From positions 1,024,001 to 1,088,000 of the forward strand of contig CAWDXG010000004.1 of assembly GCA_963806225.1 (NCBI GenBank): a stretch of DNA of 64,000 nt, in the 5' to 3' direction. Positions 8,549 through 19,774 of this stretch are shown in pieces. Each line of letters opens with the position of its first letter. The first letter of the stretch is position 1. Under the pieces are notes generated by a model. That model saw only the letters and a list, made by a program, of their open reading frames with translations. It was not told the DNA's origin and searched no databases. This stretch comes from an uncultured delta proteobacterium (GTDB lineage: Bacteria; Myxococcota_A; Polyangia; Polyangiales; Polyangiaceae). Both the position numbers and the translations under genes were made by a program.

Positions 8549-10473
8549 CAGAGCGTGCTCCGCTTCTTCTTCTGGTGGGACGAAGCGCGGGCTTCCAGGC
8601 GCTTCTGCTTCAGCGCCTGCCAGTCGCGCACGACCTTCATCGCGACGGGCGCCGCGTGCTTGCCGCCGCCGCCGCCGTGCTCGATCAGGACCGCGATGGC
8701 GATCTCGGGCGAATGCGACGGGGCGTAGCCGACAAACAAGGCATGGGCGCGGTTGAAGTACCAGACCTTCTCCTTGTCGACGCCCCGGGGGGTGACGTGC
8801 GTGACCTGCGCGGTACCGGTCTTGCCGGCAACGTCCACGCCCTTGATCGCCTTCTTGTGAGCGGTGCCCTTCGGGTCCTGCACGACGCCGATGAGCGCGC
8901 TCTTGATCAGCGATAGCTGGTCCGGATCCATCGGGATGACGCGGCGGACGCGCGGAGGAAACTCCTGCACGATCGTACCGTCGCTCGTCTCGATGCTGCG
9001 CACGACCTGCGGCTGGTAGAGCGTTCCGCCATTGGCCAGCGCCGCGTACGCCAGCGCCTCCTGCAGGATCGTCACCGTGGTGGCGCCCTGTCCGATGGCG
9101 GCGAGCAGCGAGTAGCCGCCGTAGAACTGGCCCTTGTAGCGCCGCACGTACCAGGAGCGGGTCGGCATGCGGCCGCGCGATTCGGGATTCACGCCGATGC
9201 CCGTCTTGACGCCGAAGCCGAAGTCCATCCCCACCTTGGCGAGCGGATCGATCGTGACTGTCTCGCCCAGGTGGTAGAAGTACGTGTTGCACGACTCGAC
9301 GATGGCCTGGTGCAGGTTGACGTGCCCGTGCACGCCCTCGCAGCGGAAGTAGCGCTTGCCGTACAAGTAGCCGCCGCGACAATCGATCGTCGCCTTGGGG
9401 TCGATCAGGTGGTTCTGCAGCGCGGCCAGTGCGGTGAACGGCTTGAACGTCGACCCCGGCGGGTACGCTGCCGAGATCGTCTTGTCGAGCATGGGCTTCA
9501 GCGGATCGGAATACAGCCGCTTGAACGCGTCGCGCACGGCCTTCTTGCCGCTGCCGCCGGAGATCACGTTCGGATCGAAACCTGGTTTGGACAGCGCCGC
9601 GAGGATGCGCCCGGTGCGGACGTCGACGACCACCACCGCACCGGCGAGCTGGCCGCGCATGGCCCGCTCGATGGATTTCTCGAGGTCGATATCCAGCGTG
9701 AGGGAGATGTCGCGACCCGGGATGGGCTCGATTTTCCGCGGCTGCTCCAGGTACTTGGCCTCGAGCTCCTCGCGGTTCTGGCGGCGTTTGACGCCGTGCA
9801 GGACTTTCTCCTTGCCGCGCTTGCCCCTGAGGTAGCTCTCCCAGCGACGTTCGACGCCGACGGCTCCGATGCGGTCACCGGAGCGGTATCCGCGACCCTG
9901 GAGGCGCGCCAGCGTCTCGGGATCGATCTCGCGCATGTAGCCGAGCATGTGCGCGCCCAGCTCGCCGTACGGGTAGTAGCGGACCGGCACCGGCGCGACG
10001 TCCACGCCCCTGAGCTCCCCCTCGTGTGTCTCCAGCGCCGCCACGACGTCGCGGCTCACGTCGACCTTGAGCAGGATCTGCTGCGACTTCCTGGTGTCGT
10101 CCAGCTTCCGGATGTGCAGGATCTTGTCCTCGAGCTTCTGGCGCTCGGCGTCGTCGAGCCCCATCAGCTTGGCGACGTGCGGCCAGGTCTTCTGCATGTC
10201 GATGACCTCGGGGGTCACGTACACGTTGTACGAGGGGCGGTTCGCCGCCAGCACCCGGCCGTAGGCATCCCGGATCACGCCCCGGGTCGTGGCGAGGTTG
10301 ATCTCGCCGACGATGTTGCGGCGCGCCTGGGCAGCGTGGAGATCCCCTTCGACGATCTGCAGCTGTACCAGACGCCCGACCAGTACCAGGAACACGAAGA
10401 TGACAACCAGCACCATCCAGCGGTAGCGGCGACGGAACTCGCCGACGTCCGAACGTTGGACGAGGAAGTTCAC
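8548..10473 (-). CDS. mrdA: Penicillin-binding protein 2
   Basis: SxxK (PGSTFK), SxN (SCN), KTGT motifs, N-terminal TM anchor, within the mre operon. Start placed at the GTG at 10473. Confidence 0.95.
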   Translation of the reverse strand: MNFLVQRSDVGEFRRRYRWMVLVVIFVFLVLVGRLVQLQIVEGDLHAAQARRNIVGEINLATTRGVIRDAYGRVLAANRPSYNVYVTPEVIDMQKTWPHVAKLMGLDDAERQKLEDKILHIRKLDDTRKSQQILLKVDVSRDVVAALETHEGELRGVDVAPVPVRYYPYGELGAHMLGYMREIDPETLARLQGRGYRSGDRIGAVGVERRWESYLRGKRGKEKVLHGVKRRQNREELEAKYLEQPRKIEPIPGRDISLTLDIDLEKSIERAMRGQLAGAVVVVDVRTGRILAALSKPGFDPNVISGGSGKKAVRDAFKRLYSDPLKPMLDKTISAAYPPGSTFKPFTALAALQNHLIDPKATIDCRGGYLYGKRYFRCEGVHGHVNLHQAIVESCNTYFYHLGETVTIDPLAKVGMDFGFGVKTGIGVNPESRGRMPTRSWYVRRYKGQFYGGYSLLAAIGQGATTVTILQEALAYAALANGGTLYQPQVVRSIETSDGTIVQEFPPRVRRVIPMDPDQLSLIKSALIGVVQDPKGTAHKKAIKGVDVAGKTGTAQVTHVTPRGVDKEKVWYFNRAHALFVGYAPSHSPEIAIAVLIEHGGGGGKHAAPVAMKVVRDWQALKQKRLEARASSHQKKKRSTL

Positions 10474-10507
10474 GCTGCCCTCCCCGCGCGCTGGATCCGC
10501 TCCCCGA

Positions 10508-11035
10508 TCACCGCTGCGCTCCATCTGCCGCGCTGTGCACCGCCAACGTGCTCTGGTGCAGGCGTTGCGCGATGACGAAGACGAGCGGGCTGACCAGCGC
10601 GGTCGCGATGGCGTTCGGCAGCACGACGGTGCCGATCTCGAGGGGTCGCTTGGTGTCGGCGCCGAAGATCGCCAACAGAGTCAGGATCATCGCGCTCTGT
10701 ACCAGCGCGAACCCGAAGGCGAGCGACATGCGCGTCAGCGTTGTCTGCGCGGTGAGGCGGACACCCGCCACCCTCGACAGCCACCAGATCCCCACCGACA
10801 CGAACGCGAAGAGGCCGATAGGTGCGGAGGCGAACAGATCCATCGCGTAGCCGAGCACGAACGCCAGTGCGGCTCCGCGGACCATCGATGCCTCGTGCAC
10901 GCCGAGAAAGATGATGAGCGGCAGCGTCAGGCTGGGCGTGGCGCCGTGGATGTGGAGTGGACCGATGATCCGGTACAGGTTCGACTGAACCAGGATCAGC
11001 AGGATTCCGACTGCAAGAAACGCCGCGTTCCGCAT
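10508..11035 (-). CDS. mreD: Rod shape-determining protein MreD
   Basis: 175-aa hydrophobic protein (GYAMDLF) between mreC and mrdA. Confidence 0.85.
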   Translation of the reverse strand: MRNAAFLAVGILLILVQSNLYRIIGPLHIHGATPSLTLPLIIFLGVHEASMVRGAALAFVLGYAMDLFASAPIGLFAFVSVGIWWLSRVAGVRLTAQTTLTRMSLAFGFALVQSAMILTLLAIFGADTKRPLEIGTVVLPNAIATALVSPLVFVIAQRLHQSTLAVHSAADGAQR

Positions 11036-11042
11036 GGCCCGC

Positions 11043-11918
11043 TCACCGCTTGGCCCGTGGCCCCTGCGCTGCGCTCTTCGGTTCGCAGTCTTTCGTGTCG
11101 GTCAGGACGATGAGCGCGTTGTCCAGGCGGGAGAAGTCGACCGTCGGCTCCGCCTCGACCTGCTGGTAGATGCCGAAATCGCGCTTGATGACCTTGGTCA
11201 CGCGCGCCACCGCGACGCCTTTCGGGAAGCGGCAGCCGACGCCGCTCGTCAGGAGCAGGTCGCCCACATCGACCTCGTCCGTCCGCTGCACGTACTCCAC
11301 GCGCACGGCATAGCGCGTTCGATCGCCGACGCCACGAACGAACCCGCGAGCCCGTGTGCGTTCATCGACTACATCGACGCCGAATCCGCTGTCGACAGTC
11401 AGTTGCACGTCCACCTTGCCGCCGGCAACACGCAGCACGGTCCCCACCGTGCCGTCGAGCGACAGCACGGGCATGTTGGGGCGAACTGCCACACCCGGAT
11501 CGTCCAGCGTGAGGTGTACGACACGGAAGTACTCGCTGGTGTCCTTGCCCACCACGACCGCGCTCACCGTTTCGTTGGGAATGGTCTCGCGCAGCCCCAG
11601 AAGCTTTTTCAGCCGCCGATTCTCCGCTTCCTGCCCGCGGAGATCGCGCACGCGCTGGCGAAGCCGGGCATTCTCGTAGCTGAGCTTGTTGTTGTTCGCC
11701 TTGACGTCGACCAGATACACGTAGTCGCTGACGAGACTGGAAACGCCTCGCGCGAGGGCGGCGGCCGCGTACTGGAACGGCGCAGCGACGCGCATGATCG
11801 TCCGGTCGACCGGGCTCATGTCCTCCGGCTTGCGGATACTCGCGCGCAGGAAGAAAAACGGTACCGCCAGAAGCAGCACGACGATGGCGGTATCGCGGTA
11901 TCGCTTGAACGAACCCAC
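11043..11918 (-). CDS. mreC: Rod shape-determining protein MreC
   Basis: TM segment, coiled coil (ENRRLKKLL), GDLLLTSG..FPKG, VDFSRL. Confidence 0.93.
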   Translation of the reverse strand: MGSFKRYRDTAIVVLLLAVPFFFLRASIRKPEDMSPVDRTIMRVAAPFQYAAAALARGVSSLVSDYVYLVDVKANNNKLSYENARLRQRVRDLRGQEAENRRLKKLLGLRETIPNETVSAVVVGKDTSEYFRVVHLTLDDPGVAVRPNMPVLSLDGTVGTVLRVAGGKVDVQLTVDSGFGVDVVDERTRARGFVRGVGDRTRYAVRVEYVQRTDEVDVGDLLLTSGVGCRFPKGVAVARVTKVIKRDFGIYQQVEAEPTVDFSRLDNALIVLTDTKDCEPKSAAQGPRAKR

Positions 11919-11987
11919 GGCAGGTTATCTACGCGGAGCCGACCAAGGGCACCTGCCGAACGGCGAAGCCCGCTCGAACGATGTCAC

Positions 11988-13130
<1,143 letters not shown>

Positions 13131-13345
13131 CTAACTAGCACGCGGATCTGCCGGGATGCAATCGAGCCCGGGCCTCCGGCGCCGGCATCCGTTCAGTACC
13201 GGCGCGTAGCGGCGACCCGGCCCAGCGCACTCTGGAGATGCCAAGCACAAGGATTCCGCAAGCTTGAAGCTTGGGGACGGGTGTAGCGCCGAGCCCCCAA
13301 CCGCGGCCGGGCCCTCGGAAAATCCAGGTGGCCCGCACCCGGCGG

Positions 13346-14200
13346 CTAGTCCTCGTCCCAGTCTTTCCAGTCCCCCCGCCGCTGCTTGCGCCGGCGCTCG
13401 GGCGTGCGATCGGCAGCGCTCGCGCCCCGCTTCTTGTTGCGGCGCTTGTTGTCGCTCTCGCTGCGTTCCGGCTTGACCGCGCGGCGGCGCCCCTCCGGCG
13501 CCCGGGGTGGCTCGCCCAGCGCCTCGAGCATTGCCGGATCGGGATCGGACGATCGGGGGGACGGACGCGACGGCGCCGTCGCCGCATCGCGCGGGCGCGG
13601 ACGATCTCCGCGCTCGGGACGTTCGCCCTTCGGATGCGCGATGTTGATCACGAGCCGGCGTCCCCCCATCTCCGCCGAACGCAGCTGGACGATCGCTTCG
13701 TTGGCGGCCTCGCTCGATCCCATCGTGACGAAGCCGAAGCCGCGCAGACGGCCATCGGGTCCCGTGGGCAGGTGGACGCGCACGATCCGGCCCGCACCGC
13801 TCGTGGCGAACATCTCCTCCACGGCCTCGACAGTCACGTCGTAGGGCAGGTTGCCGACGTACAGTGTCCGATCGGGCCCGCCGCCGGCTCCGCCTGCGCC
13901 GCCCGTCGCCGCAGGCGCCTCGCCGCGGCGCGGAGCTTCCGACTGGAACGGGCGCACGGAGATCGCTCGGCCCGCCTGCATGGACCCATCCAGTGAATCG
14001 CGGGCCGCCGCCGCCTCTTCGGCGGTGGACAGGGTCACGAAACCAAAGCCCCGCGGACGTCCGGTCTCGCGGTCCCTGGGCAGACTCAGGCTCCTGACGG
14101 TGCCCCCGGTCGCCTCGACCAGTTGACGGAGCACGTCCTCGGTGACGGAGTCCGGCAAACCCGCAATGAAGAGCTTGCGTGCATCCTCCTCGGTCGACAT
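13346..14200 (-). CDS. RNA-binding protein with two RRM domains
   Basis: Two RNP2/RNP1 pairs (LFIAGL...RGFGFVT; LYVGNL...RGFGFVT) and a basic/acidic tail. Start placed at the ATG at 14200. Confidence 0.9.
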   Translation of the reverse strand: MSTEEDARKLFIAGLPDSVTEDVLRQLVEATGGTVRSLSLPRDRETGRPRGFGFVTLSTAEEAAAARDSLDGSMQAGRAISVRPFQSEAPRRGEAPAATGGAGGAGGGPDRTLYVGNLPYDVTVEAVEEMFATSGAGRIVRVHLPTGPDGRLRGFGFVTMGSSEAANEAIVQLRSAEMGGRRLVINIAHPKGERPERGDRPRPRDAATAPSRPSPRSSDPDPAMLEALGEPPRAPEGRRRAVKPERSESDNKRRNKKRGASAADRTPERRRKQRRGDWKDWDED

Positions 14201-14426
14201 CCCGCTTCCTCGAATCGCTGTTTCCAGGGCCGCCCACGACCCACTCGTCCCGACGGGCGGTCCGCGGAACGGAAAACACGATATCTGGACCCGACCTTCC
14301 GTCAAGTCGCCCCGGTCCCGGGCCCCGACCCGGGCTCGCCAGAGGGAGCGGCGGGGCGCCTCGTCCAGGTCGACGGCGAGGCGCCCACCCTGCGGCGGCC
14401 AACCGGTGTAGGCTCCGGGCATCCCG

Positions 14427-15353
14427 ATGAAACTCCGCGTGATCGTCAATCCAAGAGCGGGAAGCGGAAATGCCGCCCGGAAGCTGCCGGAGATCGTCCG
14501 TGCCCTGGAGCGGGCCGGTCTCGGCCACGAAGTGGCGGAGACCCAGAGCCCGGGCGATGCGACCCGGTTGGCCCGGTTGGCCCGTGAAGACGGGGTCGAG
14601 TGCATCGCAATCGTGGGCGGCGACGGCACGGTCAACGAGGTCGGCCAGGCCTATCTCGACGAGTCCGGCGCGCCGCTGGCAGGCCCGGACCTGGCGCTGA
14701 TCCCGGCCGGAACGGGGGGCGACTTCAAGAAGACGTTCGGTATCCCGGACGATGTAGCCGGCGCGGTCGACCGCCTGCGGAACAGCGAGCCCAGGCCGCT
14801 GGACCTCGGCGTGCTCGAACTCACCGCGGACTCGGGCGAACGGGTGACACGCGCCTTCTTGAACATCACGAGCTTCGGGATCGGCGGGCTGACGGATCGT
14901 ATCGTCAACTCGAGCCCGAAGTGGATGGGCGGACGCGCGGCGTTCTTCCTGGGCACCCTGCGCGCAATGGCGAGCTACCGTAACCTGCCGGTGGTCGTGA
15001 AAGTCGACGGCCGGTCCTGCCTGGAAGGACCTATCCTCAACGTGGCGGTGGCCAACGGGCGCTACTTCGGCGGCGGGATGATGATCGCGCCGGAAGCGGA
15101 CCCTTCCGACGGGCAGTTCAACGTCATCGCGCTGTACGACCTCACGCGGGCACAGGGTATCGGCCTGGCCTACAAGATCTACAAGGGCAGCCACCTCGGC
15201 TCGCCCGGCGTACGCGTCGCGCGGGGGTCGGTCATCGAAGCCGAGCCGGCGCTGCCGTGGGGCGAGGTACTGATCGACATGGATGGCGAGACGCCGGGGC
15301 GGCTTCCGCTCAAGGCAACCGTCGCGAAATCCGCATTGAAGATCCGCGCCTAG
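14427..15353 (+). CDS. Diacylglycerol/lipid kinase family protein (YegS/BmrU-like)
   Basis: NPRAG, GGDGTVNE, PAGTGGDF, NGRYFGGG, DGE. Confidence 0.92.
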   Translation: MKLRVIVNPRAGSGNAARKLPEIVRALERAGLGHEVAETQSPGDATRLARLAREDGVECIAIVGGDGTVNEVGQAYLDESGAPLAGPDLALIPAGTGGDFKKTFGIPDDVAGAVDRLRNSEPRPLDLGVLELTADSGERVTRAFLNITSFGIGGLTDRIVNSSPKWMGGRAAFFLGTLRAMASYRNLPVVVKVDGRSCLEGPILNVAVANGRYFGGGMMIAPEADPSDGQFNVIALYDLTRAQGIGLAYKIYKGSHLGSPGVRVARGSVIEAEPALPWGEVLIDMDGETPGRLPLKATVAKSALKIRA

Positions 15354-15369
15354 CCGGCGCGCCGCGGGC

Positions 15370-16245
15370 TCAGGAGGCCGGCTTGTCCGCTGGCTCGACG
15401 AGCTGTGCGGGAGGAGGCGGAGCTTCAATGGACTCGAGCGAGCCGGCGCGCCGCATCGAATACCAGAACATGAACATGCCGAACCCGAGCAGCCCGAAGC
15501 AGGCCCACTGCGCCGGCGTGAGCGAATCGTAGCGGACGTCCGCACCGAACACGTCGCGAGCACGGAGGAAGTCGAGCGCAAAGCGGGTCGGCGCGTAGGC
15601 CAGCGACATGATCGCGATGTAGAAGCCCCAGGGGCGGCGCTTTTTCCTGAGCCAGAGGAAGGTCAAAGCCAGGGGGATCGTCAGAAGCATCTCGTAGAGC
15701 CCGAGATCGAGGCGCCCTCCGCCGGGGTACTGCACGGCGAACCACGCGCTCGAGTGCAGGCCCGGGTGGTCGTGCGCGCTCGCACAGCCGGCGCGCCCGA
15801 AGACCCAGGCAGCCGGAAACGCGCTCGCCACCACATCCGCGTACGGCAGGATGGGCACCTTGTAGCGCCAGCGCCACAAGAGCGCGCCGGTTATCCCGCC
15901 GACAAAGCCGCCGAAGCTCGACAGCCCATCCCACAGCCGGACCAGCGAGAGCGGGTCCTGGAGCACGCGCCCGGGATAGTAGAACAGCGTGTCGAGGACG
16001 TGCCCGCCCACGAACCCCATGCCCACGACCCAGAAGATGAACGAGGTGAGCGCGCGCTCGTCGAGACCGACGCGCTTGCCCTGCTTCACCGCGAGGTAGG
16101 CCCCCAGGTACACGCCGATGGCCACCAGCGTTCCGAACGGCTTGATCGAGAAGGGCGCCGGCGGAAAATTCCCGCCGAAATAGCCCTGGGGGAAGATCAC
16201 CAGGTTCGGGATGTGGATGTAGGGGATGAGCGGCTCGAGGGCCAT
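15370..16245 (-). CDS. lgt: Prolipoprotein diacylglyceryl transferase family protein
   Basis: W.GLSSFGG, ADVVA, GRAGC, GLYE, RFALDFLR; multi-TM. Several canonical residues are divergent. Confidence 0.8.
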   Translation of the reverse strand: MALEPLIPYIHIPNLVIFPQGYFGGNFPPAPFSIKPFGTLVAIGVYLGAYLAVKQGKRVGLDERALTSFIFWVVGMGFVGGHVLDTLFYYPGRVLQDPLSLVRLWDGLSSFGGFVGGITGALLWRWRYKVPILPYADVVASAFPAAWVFGRAGCASAHDHPGLHSSAWFAVQYPGGGRLDLGLYEMLLTIPLALTFLWLRKKRRPWGFYIAIMSLAYAPTRFALDFLRARDVFGADVRYDSLTPAQWACFGLLGFGMFMFWYSMRRAGSLESIEAPPPPAQLVEPADKPAS

Positions 16246-16319
16246 GCGCGGCGCTGTCCTAGCACGCCTTGAGCGCGCCCGGACCCCGGAACATTCCCGA
16301 CCGCGCGCCGGGCGCGCGT

Positions 16320-17312
16320 CTATTCTGCAGACGCCACCGGCGCAGGCTGGACCACGATGCGGTCCTCCCCGCCGGCATCGACCGCCGCGATCATCTCCAG
16401 CCGCACGCCCGCGCACTGGCGGGAAAGCACCACCGGGCTCACCGCAGAGCGGGCGCAGTGCGACGACGGCATGGCGCGGGCGATCGCGGTCGAGACGACC
16501 TGCACGGAGCGACCGATCGCCTCGGCGCGGGCGCGCGGGCTGTCCGACGCGACCGGCCCGAGTTGCACGGCTTCGCCGATGCGGCTGAACAGCCCGGGCC
16601 CGGTGATCTCGGCGCGCGTCACGCGCCCGGCCCGGTCTAGCCGCAGCAACACGTCGAAGATCGCCTGACGCGGCTCGAGCTTCTTGCGGCTCGGGATCGC
16701 ATAGGTGATCGACAGCGTCTTCTTGCAGACCCGCTCGACGCAGTGCGCCTCGGGCTGCTCGAGACGCCAGGGGAAGATGAACGCCGCCGGCAGCTGATCG
16801 GTGCGCTTGCCCAGGCTCCGGATCATGGCCACGCGCCGCGCCCAGCTCGAGAACTGCTCGACCAGCTCGTGGCGCATGGCCTGGGCGTGGGCCAGCCTCT
16901 TCTCGACCGCCTGCGCCGTGGCCAGGAAGCGCTGCTCGTGGCGCTCGCGATACTGCTGGGCGAGCTCCAGCTCCGTGATGCGTTGGGCGGCGTGTTTCGC
17001 ATGCGGACCGTCGGGCAGCGCGTCGAGGTACATGCGCAAACGGTCCACGTTGTCGTGGGCGCGGTCGAAGTAGCGCTGCTCGGCCGGCCCGAACCAGGCG
17101 CGCACCTGCCCGCTCCAGCGCCCGTCGGGATAGTCCTCCAGATAGCGCCAGCTCTGCGCCAGGCGTTGCTCGACGGTGTGGGCGGTCCTGAGGCGGCGGT
17201 ACTGGTCGTAGTCGCCGACCCCGGCGGTGATCTGCCTGCCCGCTGCGCACCCCTGCGCGAACAGGACGGCCGCGACGAACGCCAGGACCCAGCTCGACCC
17301 GAGCCGCTTCAT
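16320..17312 (-). CDS. Hypothetical lipoprotein
   Basis: Signal peptide and lipobox FAQGC; two YL..YP.G-like helical repeats. Confidence 0.75.
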   Translation of the reverse strand: MKRLGSSWVLAFVAAVLFAQGCAAGRQITAGVGDYDQYRRLRTAHTVEQRLAQSWRYLEDYPDGRWSGQVRAWFGPAEQRYFDRAHDNVDRLRMYLDALPDGPHAKHAAQRITELELAQQYRERHEQRFLATAQAVEKRLAHAQAMRHELVEQFSSWARRVAMIRSLGKRTDQLPAAFIFPWRLEQPEAHCVERVCKKTLSITYAIPSRKKLEPRQAIFDVLLRLDRAGRVTRAEITGPGLFSRIGEAVQLGPVASDSPRARAEAIGRSVQVVSTAIARAMPSSHCARSAVSPVVLSRQCAGVRLEMIAAVDAGGEDRIVVQPAPVASAE

Positions 17313-17713
17313 GGGCCCTTCCCCGGTGGGCAGAAGTCGCATTCGGTCGGCACGCTGGGCGCAGCGTCATCCATGTAGCCTGCGTACGCGTTGCACGACG
17401 CAGTCGAGAGGGCTCTCAGGCACACCTCGCCGTCGTGGACGAGCGGGTAGCAGTACTCGGGGAACGAGGTCTCGATCGGCTGCGAGGTGTCACAGGCGTC
17501 GGTGCAGCTCTGCGAATCGATGCCGCACTCGCGGCAGCGGCGGCAGTCGATGGCTTTCTTGCTGGCGAAGAACGTGGGTGCGTCGAGATCCTGCGCCGTC
17601 TGCCCGCAGCCGCCAACGTCGCCCGGAACTGGAGCCGTGCAGAACAGCCCCACCAGCACGGCCAGAAGCAACCACAGCCGCGCGCCTGCCCCCGGAAGGC
17701 CGCGCGGCTTCAA
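17309..17713 (-). CDS. Cys-rich secreted hypothetical protein
   Basis: Hydrophobic N-terminus and about 12 Cys; 4-bp overlaps with both neighbours. Confidence 0.65.
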   Translation of the reverse strand: MKPRGLPGAGARLWLLLAVLVGLFCTAPVPGDVGGCGQTAQDLDAPTFFASKKAIDCRRCRECGIDSQSCTDACDTSQPIETSFPEYCYPLVHDGEVCLRALSTASCNAYAGYMDDAAPSVPTECDFCPPGKGP

Positions 17714-18390
17714 GGCAACACCTCGTAGTCGACCACGACCCCCACCTGCAGCGACAGCACAGGGATGGTGGTGATGGGCGTCTGTTGGGTCGCCGCTCCG
17801 TAGTACACACTGCCCACGAGCTCGGCAGTGACGCCAAGCCCGGCGCTCGCCATCCACGCACCGCCGGCCGCCAGCTCCAGGCCGAGCGTCGCATCCGGCT
17901 CGAGCACGATCGGCAGGCCCGCGCGTCCGTACACGAGAAAGCGCGGCGGCAAGCGCACCAGCGCGATGTACGACGGGGTCAGCACTTCCTGGGCAATGCC
18001 CAGCACCGCCGTCGACAGATGGACCGCGAGACCATGCTGCAGCCCGTCGGGGTGGCCGAGGAGCGCGGCCGCCGAGAAATCCAGGTACGGCGCGGTGAGG
18101 GAGAGCGACTCGGGGCTCTTGCCGAGGACCTTCGAGAGCCGGAAAGGATTGTTGAACCTCAGACCCTCGCCCAGCGCGAGCCCGCCCATGAAGTGCACGT
18201 AGGGACCGCCGGCGGGCAGTGGCGTCTCGTGCGCGCGGTAGGATGGGGGCTCGACCGGGGAGCTCGGCCCCGACGCGGATCGAGCCTCGGCCGCAGTCGC
18301 GGCAGGAGCCTCGGCCGAAGCCACCGCCGGCGTCAGGACGCCCAGCGCGAGCAGCGCCGGAGCAAGCGCCCGCCCCCGGAAATGCCCCAC
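17710..18390 (-). CDS. Probable outer-membrane beta-barrel protein (start uncertain)
   Basis: Signal peptide (…AVASA) and alternating amphipathic strands ending VDYEVLP. Confidence 0.6.
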   Translation of the reverse strand: MGHFRGRALAPALLALGVLTPAVASAEAPAATAAEARSASGPSSPVEPPSYRAHETPLPAGGPYVHFMGGLALGEGLRFNNPFRLSKVLGKSPESLSLTAPYLDFSAAALLGHPDGLQHGLAVHLSTAVLGIAQEVLTPSYIALVRLPPRFLVYGRAGLPIVLEPDATLGLELAAGGAWMASAGLGVTAELVGSVYYGAATQQTPITTIPVLSLQVGVVVDYEVLP

Positions 18391-18415
18391 GCGGCGACGC
18401 GCGGGCGCGGGCGCG

Positions 18416-19720
18416 TCATGCGCGGCAGGCACGTTCGACGTCGGCGACCGTCTTCGGAATGGAAGCGCTGAGTACCGTCTGCCCCTCGGGAGCGACCAGC
18501 ACGTCGTCTTCGATACGCACGCCGATGCCACGGTACTGTTCCGGAACCTCCGCACTGGGCGCGATGTACACGCCCGGCTCCACCGTGATGACCATACCCG
18601 CGGCGAGCGGCCGCGGGTTTCCCTCGATGTGGTAGGCGCCTACGTCGTGCACGTCCATCCCGAGATAGTGGCTGGTGCGGTGCATGAAATAGGGCTTGTA
18701 GCTCTGCTCCTCGATCGCCTTGTCGACCGGGCCCTCGATGACGCCCAGCTCGACGAGCCCACGCGCAATCACCTGCACGCTCTTGTCGTGGACCTCGTCG
18801 AGCGTGACCCCGGGGCGGGTCGCCTCGATGCTCGCCTGCTGGGCCGAGAGCACGATCTCGTAGACGCGCCGCTGCGCATCGCTGAAACGCCCCGAGACAG
18901 GGAACGTCCGCGTCACGTCCGATGCGTAGTAGCCGTACTCGGAGCCCGCATCCACGAGCAGCAGATCGCCTTCGCCCATGCGGCGGTTGTTGCGCCGGTA
19001 GTGGAGCACCGTGGCGTTCGGCCCGCTGCCGACGATGGGCGAGTAGGCCACGCGCTCCGAGCCGTTCTTGCAGAACACCTCGCGCAGGGCTCCCTCGACC
19101 TCGTACTCGTACATCCCAGGTCGGGCCATCGCCATGACCTTCGCGTGCGCCTCATGCGTGATCTCCACCGCACGGCGCATCAAGTCGAGCTCGTGCTTCG
19201 ACTTGACGAGGCGCATCTCGTGCAGAACCGTGCCCGGGTCCACGATCGTGGCGGGGCAGGAAACGCCCTGGCGCGCCCGCGCGCGGACGCGGTCGAGCGC
19301 CCCGAGCACACTGTCGTCGAAGCCTCGATCCAGCCCGAGCCGGTAGAACAGCCTCGGCGCGTTCTGGAGCAGATCGGGAAGCTTGTCGGCTAGCTCGGCG
19401 ATGGGAAACGCCTGATCCGCGTCGAACTCGTCGGTCGCCCCTTCCACGCCGGCCCGCGCGCCGTCCCACACCTCGCGCTCCGGGTCGCGGGCGCGCACGA
19501 AGAGCGTAAGGGGCTTGCCCGCGTCGCCGCCGAGCACCAACACGCTCTCCGGTTCGTCGAAACCGGTGAGGTAGTAGAAGTCGGAGTTCTGCCGGTAGTC
19601 GTACTCCACATCGTTGTTGCGGATCGCCAGGGGCGCGGAAGGCACGACGAGGACGCCTGGGTGGATAGCCTGGAGCACGCGCTCCCGGCGCTCTCGATAC
19701 TCGTCTCGCATCGGGGACAT
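18416..19720 (-). CDS. pepP: Xaa-Pro aminopeptidase (M24B)
   Basis: YRQNSDFYYLTGF, DAG...SDVTRT, HYLGMDVHD, TVEPG, GVRIEDD. Confidence 0.95.
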   Translation of the reverse strand: MSPMRDEYRERRERVLQAIHPGVLVVPSAPLAIRNNDVEYDYRQNSDFYYLTGFDEPESVLVLGGDAGKPLTLFVRARDPEREVWDGARAGVEGATDEFDADQAFPIAELADKLPDLLQNAPRLFYRLGLDRGFDDSVLGALDRVRARARQGVSCPATIVDPGTVLHEMRLVKSKHELDLMRRAVEITHEAHAKVMAMARPGMYEYEVEGALREVFCKNGSERVAYSPIVGSGPNATVLHYRRNNRRMGEGDLLLVDAGSEYGYYASDVTRTFPVSGRFSDAQRRVYEIVLSAQQASIEATRPGVTLDEVHDKSVQVIARGLVELGVIEGPVDKAIEEQSYKPYFMHRTSHYLGMDVHDVGAYHIEGNPRPLAAGMVITVEPGVYIAPSAEVPEQYRGIGVRIEDDVLVAPEGQTVLSASIPKTVADVERACRA

Positions 19721-19774
19721 CCTAGCGCCTCCGCGGCGGAACGGAAGCGACCCGCCCGCCGGATCGGGCCAGCG

